The notes under the pieces: model-generated | The model's database searches: none | Seen by the model: the letters and a program-made list of their open reading frames with translations, nothing else | What the model was told of the DNA's origin: nothing | Part shown: positions 20,287 to 27,924 of the stretch, in pieces | Position numbering within the stretch: the first letter of the stretch is position 1 | How the letters are laid out: the number at the start of each line of letters is the position of its first letter | Program-made: the position numbers and the translations under genes | Origin: Clostridia bacterium | Lineage (GTDB): Bacteria; Bacillota; Clostridia; Oscillospirales; Acutalibacteraceae | Assembly: GCA_017435665.1 (NCBI GenBank) | Contig: JAFSEP010000043.1 | Coordinates: 2,004-66,003 of the forward strand | Direction: 5' to 3' | DNA: 64,000 nucleotides

Positions 20287-21321
20287 ATGCTCGGTTTGAA
20301 AATCGGTATAGATCTTGGCACAAAAAATACAGTTATATACGTAAAAGGCAAGGGCATTGTGCTGTCCGAGGCCTCAGTTGTTGCTTTTGATGACGATACT
20401 GAAGAGATAATTGCCATGGGTGACGAGGCATATAAAATGCTTGAAAAAAATCCCGATACGGTAAGGGTCGTTCTTCCTATGAGAGACGGCGTTATTTCTG
20501 ATATAAAGGTTACGGAAAAAATGCTCAGGCACTATATAGAAAAAATATGCGGTTACAGAATTTTCAAGCCGTCAGTTATTGTATGCACACCAAGTAACGT
20601 GACCGTTTTTGAAAAGCGTACACTCCTTGATGCAATTACCGCAAGCGGTGCCGGCGAAGCCTGTATTATGGAGGAGCCTCTTGCTGCCATTGTTGGAGCA
20701 AAGGTAAAGATCACAAATCCCAAGGGTGTTCTTGTTGCGGATATCGGCGGCGGAACAACGGATATCGCCATTGTGACTATGGGCAATGTTGCTATCTCCA
20801 GCTCAATTAAAGTGGGTGGCAACGCCATTGATGAGGCTATTCAGCGTTATGTTCGCCGTGAAAGAGATATTCTTATCGGATCGGGTACTGCTGAAGAGCT
20901 GAAGAAAACCATAGGCTGCGCATATCTGCCTACCGAGGAAATCGCTGTCACCTGCAAGGGCAAGAAGTTTATCGGCGGTATGCCTGTATCCTTTGAAATC
21001 ACATCAACAGATGTTTATCTTGCTATCAGAGAGCAGGTTGAATATATTGCCGAAGCAATCCGTGAAACTCTAGAAATCACTCCCCCCGAGCTTGTAAGCG
21101 ACATTTACAGCAGCGGTCTTATTCTGACCGGCGGCGGAGCAAAGATTTACGGTATGGAAAAAATGCTCAGCGACAAGCTCAAAATGAAGGTAACCCTTGC
21201 AGAAGAACCTGAACATTGCGTTGCGAACGGTATGGGCTACGCTCTGACAAACAAGGAATTCCTGAAAAACAACGGTTATTTCTTCAGGTCGAGAGAAGAT
21301 ATAACGGGGTATGAAATGTAG
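20287..21321 (+). CDS. mreB: MreB/Mbl-family actin-like rod-shape protein
   Basis: GIDLGTKNT, PMRDGVISD, ADIGGGTTDIA, LTGGGA motifs. Confidence 0.85.
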   Translation: MLGLKIGIDLGTKNTVIYVKGKGIVLSEASVVAFDDDTEEIIAMGDEAYKMLEKNPDTVRVVLPMRDGVISDIKVTEKMLRHYIEKICGYRIFKPSVIVCTPSNVTVFEKRTLLDAITASGAGEACIMEEPLAAIVGAKVKITNPKGVLVADIGGGTTDIAIVTMGNVAISSSIKVGGNAIDEAIQRYVRRERDILIGSGTAEELKKTIGCAYLPTEEIAVTCKGKKFIGGMPVSFEITSTDVYLAIREQVEYIAEAIRETLEITPPELVSDIYSSGLILTGGGAKIYGMEKMLSDKLKMKVTLAEEPEHCVANGMGYALTNKEFLKNNGYFFRSREDITGYEM

Positions 21322-21335
21322 ATTAAATATGTGAA

Positions 21336-21366
21336 AAGACGGTGGAAAATCCACCGTCTTGTTTTA
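21336..21366 (+). terminator. Intrinsic terminator after mreB
   Basis: aagacggtgg/ccaccgtctt 10-bp stem followed by gtttta. Confidence 0.8.
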
Positions 21367-21432
21367 TATAACCCTTCCGTCAAAATCACAATCCGATTCT
21401 GACAACTTTCGTTCCGCGAACGGGAATCCCTT

Positions 21433-21486
21433 GTCACTTCGTGACATTCTCCCTAGCAGGGAGATTTCCTTTCAGGGCGAGCCTTT
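21433..21486. repeat. Hairpin-repeat module, copy A (inverted copy at 61098-61150)
   Basis: gtcacttcgtgac hairpin, tctccct/agggaga hairpin, then tttcctttcagggcgagccttt. About 80% identical by eye to the reverse complement of 61098-61150. Confidence 0.65.
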
Positions 21487-21487
21487 A

Positions 21488-23746
21488 TCACTTAACCTTT
21501 ACATTTTTAACCGTTGACCAGTCTGAATAAATCTTCTTACCGTTCACGGTCTTGTATGTTCTTACTCTGACAAAGTACTTCTTGCCCTTTGTAAGCTTCT
21601 TGATTGTTGTCTTCTTTGAAGATTTCTTTGCGTTTACTGTCTTTGCGCTCTTCATCTTCTTGCTGGTTGAATACTGTACTTCGTAGCCTGAAATATCGCT
21701 TACCTTGCTCCATGAAGCCGTAAGCTGCTTCTTGCCTGCCTTGAGCTTGAGTGTTGCTGTTGAAGGGATTGTTTCAACCTTGAGTGTTGAGCTGTATTTG
21801 CCCTTGATATCATCAACAACTGCTCTTACTCTGAACTGATATTCCTTATCAGCCTTCAGATACTTCTTCTTGCCGTCCTTCTTGACTGTGTAAGAGGTCT
21901 TGCTTGTTGTTGTCAGCTTTGTCCACTTTTTGCCGTTCTTGATATATACCTCATACTTTACACCGTCACCGAGGCTGTTCCAGGTAAGTGTGATTTCTGA
22001 TTTCTTTGCTACCTTGACCTTCTTTGCCTTGAGACCGTCAACCTTGCCGAGAGTGAGCTTTGCTACTGTCTGCTGTGCAACTGTTACTGTTCCGCAGACT
22101 GAGCACTTCTTACCTGCTGTGAGGCCGGTTGATGTGTAGGTTGCTGAAACTGCTTTGAGTGCAGTATTCGAGTTATGTCCCTTTGCAGGGATAGTTTTTG
22201 TATAGTTTTCACCGCAAGAACAAGTGTAAGTTATAATACCCGCTGCTGTGCAGGTGGCTGTTTTTGTTGTTTTTGCAGTATATGTGTGAGTATGAGATTC
22301 TTTTGCAAAATGGATAGTGGCGTTGGTTAAAGATTCATTATTTTCGTCGATCGAAATTTCATTCCATTCACTCTGACTTCCAGAATAATAAACATCTGTC
22401 AGATTTATGCAACCTTCAAACGCTCTATAGCCTATAGATTTGACTGTGTCAGAAATTGTTACTGTTTTTAATTTTTCACATTCAAGGAACGCTTCACTAT
22501 CTATTTCAAAAACTCCCGCAGGAATATCAACAGTTTCAATAGGAGTCAAACAAAAGGCTCTATATTTAATATCTTTAACACTTTGCGGAATAGCAACATC
22601 ATATAAGTTCTCACAACCCCAGAATGCACGCGATTCAATGCTCTCTACAGTATTGGGAATAACTACTTTTTCAAGGTTTATGCACCCTGCAAACGAGTCG
22701 TAATTAACATACTTTACCCCATTGGGGATAACATATTCTTTTTCCTCTCTACCGTCCGGATATGCTATAATTCTAGTCTTATCTTTGTTGTATAAAACAC
22801 CGAATGAGTCGCTTGAATAATTCATATTATTCTCATCTACATTTATGCTCTTTAAATCTTCATAATATATTGAAAACGCATATCCATGAATATCTTCAAC
22901 CGTATCTGAAAAAAACACACGTTCTAAATCTTCGCAATTATAGAAGGCATAATATCCTATTTTTGTTACACCTGAATCTACCTCTATCGTTTTGACACCT
23001 AAATCTGACCAAGGGGCACCTACCGGATAACCTTCATCTGTAGCACCTTCGCCCCATATTCTAAGATTTTTATATGCATCAAGACTCCAATTTAAATTAT
23101 TCCCAAAAGTTCCCCCGGTACAGTTTATCTCTTCAATAATATCTTTACTGATAGACTCCTCATACACAAATTCAACATTTTCCAAATCATCATTAAAATA
23201 ACCAATTGAAATGTTATTCCATTCTGTTTCTGTTCCTGTGTAATAAATATAATCTAAATTAGCACAATCACTAAAAGCCGCCCTGTCAATTTTTTCCATA
23301 CTGCGCGGTATTTCTATGTATCTCAAAGCATCAAATGCCTTAAAAGCCCATTCACCGACAGAAGTAACACCTTCTTTGATGATCAGAACCTTCACAGTAT
23401 GATCATAATAATACCAATCTTCTTCAGACAGAACAAAGTTTGCATAAGGAACCTTTGGTACCGGATCGCCTGCCGAATAATCCCACAATAGTTCACCTTC
23501 TGAGTCGGTTTTCATGTAATCTTCCATTTCACCTGAGCCTTCTATAGTAAGAACACCCAAACTTTCGTCCAAAGTCCATGTCAAGTTTTCTCCGCATACG
23601 CCGCTTGTTGCTGACGCACTTGCCCTCAGTGCGAACTCCGACCACTCCACATCAGCGAGACAGCCTATTGGAGCAATACCAATAAGCAATACCACAATCA
23701 TCAGCACGGCGGTTGTTCTTTTCAATGCTTCTTTAAACTTCTCCAT
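21488..23746 (-). CDS. Secreted BspA-type leucine-rich-repeat protein with Cys/His repeats and two Lys-rich Fn3-like domains
   Basis: ORF 21488-23821. I prefer the MEKFKEALKR start at 23746 (GGAGG RBS, signal peptide). LRR_5-like repeats (IPNGVKYVNYDSFAGCINLEKVVIPNTVESIESRAFWGC). Ends KKGKKYFVRVRTYKTVNGKKIYSDWSTVKNVKVK. Confidence 0.8.
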   Translation of the reverse strand: MEKFKEALKRTTAVLMIVVLLIGIAPIGCLADVEWSEFALRASASATSGVCGENLTWTLDESLGVLTIEGSGEMEDYMKTDSEGELLWDYSAGDPVPKVPYANFVLSEEDWYYYDHTVKVLIIKEGVTSVGEWAFKAFDALRYIEIPRSMEKIDRAAFSDCANLDYIYYTGTETEWNNISIGYFNDDLENVEFVYEESISKDIIEEINCTGGTFGNNLNWSLDAYKNLRIWGEGATDEGYPVGAPWSDLGVKTIEVDSGVTKIGYYAFYNCEDLERVFFSDTVEDIHGYAFSIYYEDLKSINVDENNMNYSSDSFGVLYNKDKTRIIAYPDGREEKEYVIPNGVKYVNYDSFAGCINLEKVVIPNTVESIESRAFWGCENLYDVAIPQSVKDIKYRAFCLTPIETVDIPAGVFEIDSEAFLECEKLKTVTISDTVKSIGYRAFEGCINLTDVYYSGSQSEWNEISIDENNESLTNATIHFAKESHTHTYTAKTTKTATCTAAGIITYTCSCGENYTKTIPAKGHNSNTALKAVSATYTSTGLTAGKKCSVCGTVTVAQQTVAKLTLGKVDGLKAKKVKVAKKSEITLTWNSLGDGVKYEVYIKNGKKWTKLTTTSKTSYTVKKDGKKKYLKADKEYQFRVRAVVDDIKGKYSSTLKVETIPSTATLKLKAGKKQLTASWSKVSDISGYEVQYSTSKKMKSAKTVNAKKSSKKTTIKKLTKGKKYFVRVRTYKTVNGKKIYSDWSTVKNVKVK

Positions 23747-23781
23747 AATTCTGTTTCCTCCTAAAAACTGATAACACATAT

Positions 23782-23809
23782 AAAAAAGTGCGTCCCAAAC
23801 GAGACGCAC
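23782..23809 (-). terminator. Intrinsic terminator inside the 5' leader of the LRR gene
   Basis: Minus strand gtgcgtc-tcgtttgg-gacgcac followed by U6. About 20 nt upstream of the GGAGG RBS. Confidence 0.6.
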
Positions 23810-23830
23810 CGAAAAATGCATCTCATTTGC

Positions 23831-23933
23831 TGCGACACAAATTTATTAATAATACTAATAGAGAGTATAGTTAAATAAGAGAATGCACTTTTACCAAGTT
23901 ATTCTCCGCTATTAGTATTAAATTTATGTCGCA
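23831..23933. repeat. Long AT-rich imperfect inverted repeat (leader hairpin)
   Basis: Arms 23831-23861 and 23909-23933. 24 of 25 positions pair, with a 6-nt bulge. Confidence 0.5.
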
Positions 23934-23938
23934 TGAAT

Positions 23939-23967
23939 AATTTACCACATTTCTTTTGAAAAATCAA
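23939..23967 (-). promoter_or_regulatory. Candidate promoter for the LRR gene leader
   Basis: Minus strand TTGATT (23962-23967), 17 nt with TGg, TAAATT (23939-23944). Confidence 0.4.
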
Positions 23968-23974
23968 TCCCCAA

Positions 23975-24004
23975 CAAAAAATACCGTCGGTTTCCCGACG
24001 GTAT
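23975..24004 (-). terminator. Intrinsic terminator of the SDR-like gene
   Basis: ataccgtcgg/ccgacggtat 10-bp stem with a 4-nt loop, followed by U5 on the minus strand. Confidence 0.8.
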
Positions 24005-24030
24005 CTGTATGTATCAACCTGTGATATTTA

Positions 24031-25599
24031 TTATTCGCTGTGTGCTGCCTTGAACTCAGCAATCTTTTCATCTGTCTCGAAGCCTGAGAAGCCCTTGAAG
24101 ATGTCGCAGAAGTATTCGTTGTTTTCGTCGGGGCTGTGGTGTGAATACCAAACCTGAGCGAAGAACGGATTAACCTTAGCTTCCTTGTCATATGCCCAAT
24201 GGAAGTCTGTGGGTAATTCACCCGGGCACCAGTGACCGCCACGAAGCACAAGGTTCGGTGACATTTCAAACTCGTGGCCGTGAGCGCACTTCCATTTAAG
24301 GGGTGTGTAGAGATCGCCCTTAACCATTTCTGTTGAAAGACATTCGCCGCCTCTGAATGCAGCTGCCTTCTTCATATCCTCCAGGTCAAGCTCGCTGAGA
24401 GGCTTGCTTTCGTCATAACCGTGGTCAAGAAGCTTTGCAGCAGATGTTTCTCTTGCTGAATCCTGGGGATACCAGATGTCAACCTTATCCCAATCCTTGG
24501 GAATAGCTGCCCACTTTTCTTTTGTACCGAAGTATGATGTAATTCTGTCCTGATTGTTTGTTTCGATCCAGTTAAGTGTACCGTAGATTTCCTTCTTAGC
24601 AAGGCTCATAAGGAAGGGCTTTACTACGAACGGGAACGGCTTTGCAAGGAATGCTAACTTATAGAAGAACTCAACGTGCTTCATCATATCCTTGAAGTAC
24701 TTCTTGATAGGTACATTTGCACGGAAGTGAAGATATTCTTCAAGCTTATCTGAGTCATAGTACCACTGACCGTGGAAGTTCTGAAGGATGAATGCATTGG
24801 GATCGAAGAGCTTCTTAGTTGAGCCGATACCGAGAGTACCGAGAAGGTATTCTTCAAACTCAAAGTTAGTAATTCTGTATTCCTTACCTGAACCGATGTT
24901 ATAGAATGATCTCCAGAATTCTTCGGGAAGGTCATCGTTATCGCAAAGGTTAACGAGAAGTCTTGCAGAGTCATCAACTGTTGCCCACTCAAGAACACCG
25001 TTGATAGGTACATGGAACATAATGGGGTCAAGGTTTCTGAGAATTTCAGGATAGAGAATACCTGACTGACGGAATGAAACCCAATGCTTGAGGCCTGATT
25101 CAGCGATAACCTGCTCAGCCATAACCTTACTTACTGCGTAATGGTCATAAATACTGATCTGGATGGGGTCACCCGTTCTTGCCCAATGTGTAGGTCTGTT
25201 TCTGTCACCTGTTTCAGCAACTGTACCGACATAGAGAACCTTGATGTCGTCTGCGTTGGGCTGTTCCTTAACGGCGTTAACGATATTTCTCATTGCCTGG
25301 GGGTTAACTTCAATTGTCTTTCTCGGATAATAGTCAGCGCCGGGAGATACAAGACCGCCAACGTGTAATACGTAGTCACTGCCTGTAACACACTCCAGAA
25401 TCTTATCGTACTCAAGGAAATCGCCCCATACAATTCTTACTGACGGGTCTGACATATAGTCCTTGAATAATTCTCTGTTCTTCTGGCTGTCACGAAGCAA
25501 AACGCAAACGTTGAACTTGTCCTTATGCTTCATAAACTCTTTAAAGCCGGCCCAACCCATTGTACCGGAAGCGCCTGTTAAAAATACGTTTTTCTTCAT
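24031..25599 (-). CDS. Extended-SDR (NAD-dependent epimerase/dehydratase-like) protein with a long C-terminal extension
   Basis: VFLTGASGTMGWAG Rossmann motif and YAVSK (YxxxK). About 200 extra C-terminal residues including KCAHGHEF...GGHWCPGE. The start at 25599 versus 25617 is uncertain. Confidence 0.7.
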   Translation of the reverse strand: MKKNVFLTGASGTMGWAGFKEFMKHKDKFNVCVLLRDSQKNRELFKDYMSDPSVRIVWGDFLEYDKILECVTGSDYVLHVGGLVSPGADYYPRKTIEVNPQAMRNIVNAVKEQPNADDIKVLYVGTVAETGDRNRPTHWARTGDPIQISIYDHYAVSKVMAEQVIAESGLKHWVSFRQSGILYPEILRNLDPIMFHVPINGVLEWATVDDSARLLVNLCDNDDLPEEFWRSFYNIGSGKEYRITNFEFEEYLLGTLGIGSTKKLFDPNAFILQNFHGQWYYDSDKLEEYLHFRANVPIKKYFKDMMKHVEFFYKLAFLAKPFPFVVKPFLMSLAKKEIYGTLNWIETNNQDRITSYFGTKEKWAAIPKDWDKVDIWYPQDSARETSAAKLLDHGYDESKPLSELDLEDMKKAAAFRGGECLSTEMVKGDLYTPLKWKCAHGHEFEMSPNLVLRGGHWCPGELPTDFHWAYDKEAKVNPFFAQVWYSHHSPDENNEYFCDIFKGFSGFETDEKIAEFKAAHSE

Positions 25600-25737
25600 T
25601 GGATAGAAACCCTCCATTAAATTATTTTCGGTTTATTATAACATTGAGCGCATTATTTTTGCTAGTGGTTTTTCATAAATTATTTATAAAATTATATCAC
25701 TGTATAAAAAATATAAATTTAATCTATTAATAATATG

Positions 25738-25775
25738 AATAAAATGTTAAGTGAGGTATTATCCCCTCCCTTAAC
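25738..25775 (-). terminator. Probable terminator after the 695-aa LRR gene
   Basis: 11-bp stem with one mismatch (gttaagtgagg/cctcccttaac), followed by a U-rich tract on the minus strand. Confidence 0.45.
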
Positions 25776-25778
25776 TGA

Positions 25779-27866
25779 TTATTTTACTTTCACGCTCTTA
25801 ACCGCTGACCGGTCTGAATATACCTTCTTGCCGTCAACCGTCTTGTAGGTTCTTATTCTTACATAATACTTCTTACCCTTTGTGAGCTTCTTGATTGTTG
25901 TTTTCTTTGAAGAGCTCTTTGCGCTGACTGTCTTTGTTGTTTTCTTTGTGAACTTCTTTGAAGTTGAATACTGAATTTCATAGCCTGAGATACCACTCAC
26001 CTTGCTCCATGAAGCTGTAAGCTGCTTCTTGCCTGCCTTGAGTGTGAGCTTCGAGGTGGTTTCGGGTATTGTTTCAACCTTGAGAACCGAGCTGTAAGCT
26101 CCGCTTGCTCCGTCAACGACTGCTCTTACCCTGAACTGATATTCCCTATCTGCCTTCAGGTTCTTCTTTTTTCCGTCCTTCTTTACTGTGTAAGAGGTCT
26201 TTGAGGTTGACGTCAGCTTTGTCCACTTGCTTGCGTTCTTTATGTAAACCTCATACTTTTCTGCACCGCTGACCTTATTCCAGCTGAGCTTTATTTCACA
26301 GGCTTTTGCAACCTTGATATCCTTTGCCCTGAGACCGTCAACCTTGCTGAGTGTCAGCTTGGAAACCGTCTTCTGCGCCACAAGCACCCTTCCGCAGACC
26401 GAGCAATGTGAACCTTCCGTAATTCCTGTTTTGGTGTAAGTAGCACTTACTGCCTTATCCTTTACCACAGTATGAGATTTCTCAGGGATAACAGTCTGAG
26501 GAACAGTTATCTCCTCACATTTATAACAGTATTTTCCTTCTGTTAATCCGGTCTGAGTGCAGGTTGCTTCTTTCCCCTCAAGGGTTCTGAGGCTGTGAGC
26601 TTTCTTAGGAATTTCCTCAGTAACGGTATATTCTCTGCAGAGCATACAGGTCTTGTATTTCAAACCGGCTTCTGAACAAGTGGGGTATCTTTCTGTTTTC
26701 CACCCATTCGGAAAAGCGTGGTCCCATTTCTTCGTCACGTTTTCCTTGACATTACCGCAGAGAGCGCACGTTTCCCTGGTGATACCCTCCTGCTCGCAGG
26801 AAACCTTCTGAACCTGGGTAACACCGTAAAAGTCATAGCAATGCTTACCGTTTTCGCAGTCAAAATCTGCCAGATCAACAAAAACAAGCCCGGCTTCCTC
26901 AACGGTTTCCTTATTACCGTTAACATTATGAGCGTATATGGCTGTCATAATGCTTGATGAGGTAAATTTTGATACGGGAAATTTTTCGTTGAGCAGCATA
27001 ACACTCGTCAGTCCCATTCCGGAGAGATTAAATCCGCTGCAATTTGATATTTCTTCCGGAATAATTAGACATCCGTTTATATTTTTTCCGTCAACATAAA
27101 ATGCTCCGCCGTATCCCATAGGACTTGCATAAAGATTTTCAAATTCAATTTTTAACCAAGCCGTCAAGTCTTCAACATAAACACTTCTTTTTCCATACGA
27201 TTGTCTGAATGCATCTTTTTTAAATTTATCAACCGAACCCTTTAACACGACATTGCCGATCGGACATTCATAAAAAGCAAAACCGGAAACTTCACCCACA
27301 CCGTCACAAAAGGTAAGAGTGCTTATGCTTGATTTTGAAAATGCGTAACTGCCGATTTTCTCTACTGTTCCCGGAATATAAACACTGCCGTTACAGCCTT
27401 GTTCAAAAGCACTTCCGCCGATATTGACCAACCCTTCAGGGAAGGTCGGGTCCTGCACAGCGCAATTATAAAATGCATAACCTCCGATTGATTTAAGTCC
27501 CGAACCAAAGGTCACGCCCTGCAATCGCTGACACTGAGAAAAAGCAGAGCCCTCTATTTTTTCAACGCTGTCGGGAATTACCACAGAGGTAAGGTTATAT
27601 GTATATCCGGAAAAAGAGCCTTCTCCGATTACTGTTACGGGATAACCGCCAAGCTCCCCGGGAATTGTTACACGTCCGCCGTCGCCTGTGTATCTTGTGA
27701 TTGTAGCCTTTTCATCGGTGACCGTATACTTATAGTCTCCTTCAACAAATTCTTCAGGTGTTTCCGAAGCAAGCACGTCTGCACCGAAGCCCGCAGACGG
27801 AATTATGCCTGCAAGCATAACAACCGTCATTAAAACTGAGACCAATCTTAATATATAATTTTTCAT
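25779..27866 (-). CDS. Secreted BspA-type leucine-rich-repeat protein with Cys/His repeats and two Lys-rich Fn3-like domains (paralog of 21488-23746)
   Basis: Signal peptide MKNYILRLVSVLMTVVMLAGIIPSAGFGA. LRR_5-like repeats. Four to five H...TC..xG...C..C units. The C-terminal 224 aa are about 75% identical to the paralog. Confidence 0.8.
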   Translation of the reverse strand: MKNYILRLVSVLMTVVMLAGIIPSAGFGADVLASETPEEFVEGDYKYTVTDEKATITRYTGDGGRVTIPGELGGYPVTVIGEGSFSGYTYNLTSVVIPDSVEKIEGSAFSQCQRLQGVTFGSGLKSIGGYAFYNCAVQDPTFPEGLVNIGGSAFEQGCNGSVYIPGTVEKIGSYAFSKSSISTLTFCDGVGEVSGFAFYECPIGNVVLKGSVDKFKKDAFRQSYGKRSVYVEDLTAWLKIEFENLYASPMGYGGAFYVDGKNINGCLIIPEEISNCSGFNLSGMGLTSVMLLNEKFPVSKFTSSSIMTAIYAHNVNGNKETVEEAGLVFVDLADFDCENGKHCYDFYGVTQVQKVSCEQEGITRETCALCGNVKENVTKKWDHAFPNGWKTERYPTCSEAGLKYKTCMLCREYTVTEEIPKKAHSLRTLEGKEATCTQTGLTEGKYCYKCEEITVPQTVIPEKSHTVVKDKAVSATYTKTGITEGSHCSVCGRVLVAQKTVSKLTLSKVDGLRAKDIKVAKACEIKLSWNKVSGAEKYEVYIKNASKWTKLTSTSKTSYTVKKDGKKKNLKADREYQFRVRAVVDGASGAYSSVLKVETIPETTSKLTLKAGKKQLTASWSKVSGISGYEIQYSTSKKFTKKTTKTVSAKSSSKKTTIKKLTKGKKYYVRIRTYKTVDGKKVYSDRSAVKSVKVK

Positions 27867-27924
27867 ATTTTACCTATCATTTTTTAAGGAAGTGCCGATG
27901 ACTCAGCACTTCCTTATTTTTGTT

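Noticed and set aside
23964-24269. 101-aa minus-strand ORF overlapping the 3' end of the SDR-like gene and its terminator
   Set aside because: It is an alternative frame of a well-supported gene and crosses the terminator hairpin.
27867-27924. 10-bp-stem hairpin between ftsH and the downstream LRR gene that looks like a plus-strand terminator (U-tract only on the plus strand)
   Set aside because: No plus-strand gene ends here. On the minus strand it lacks a U-tract, so it is most simply an inter-cistronic stem-loop or a barrier to antisense transcription. The evidence is too weak to call regulation.
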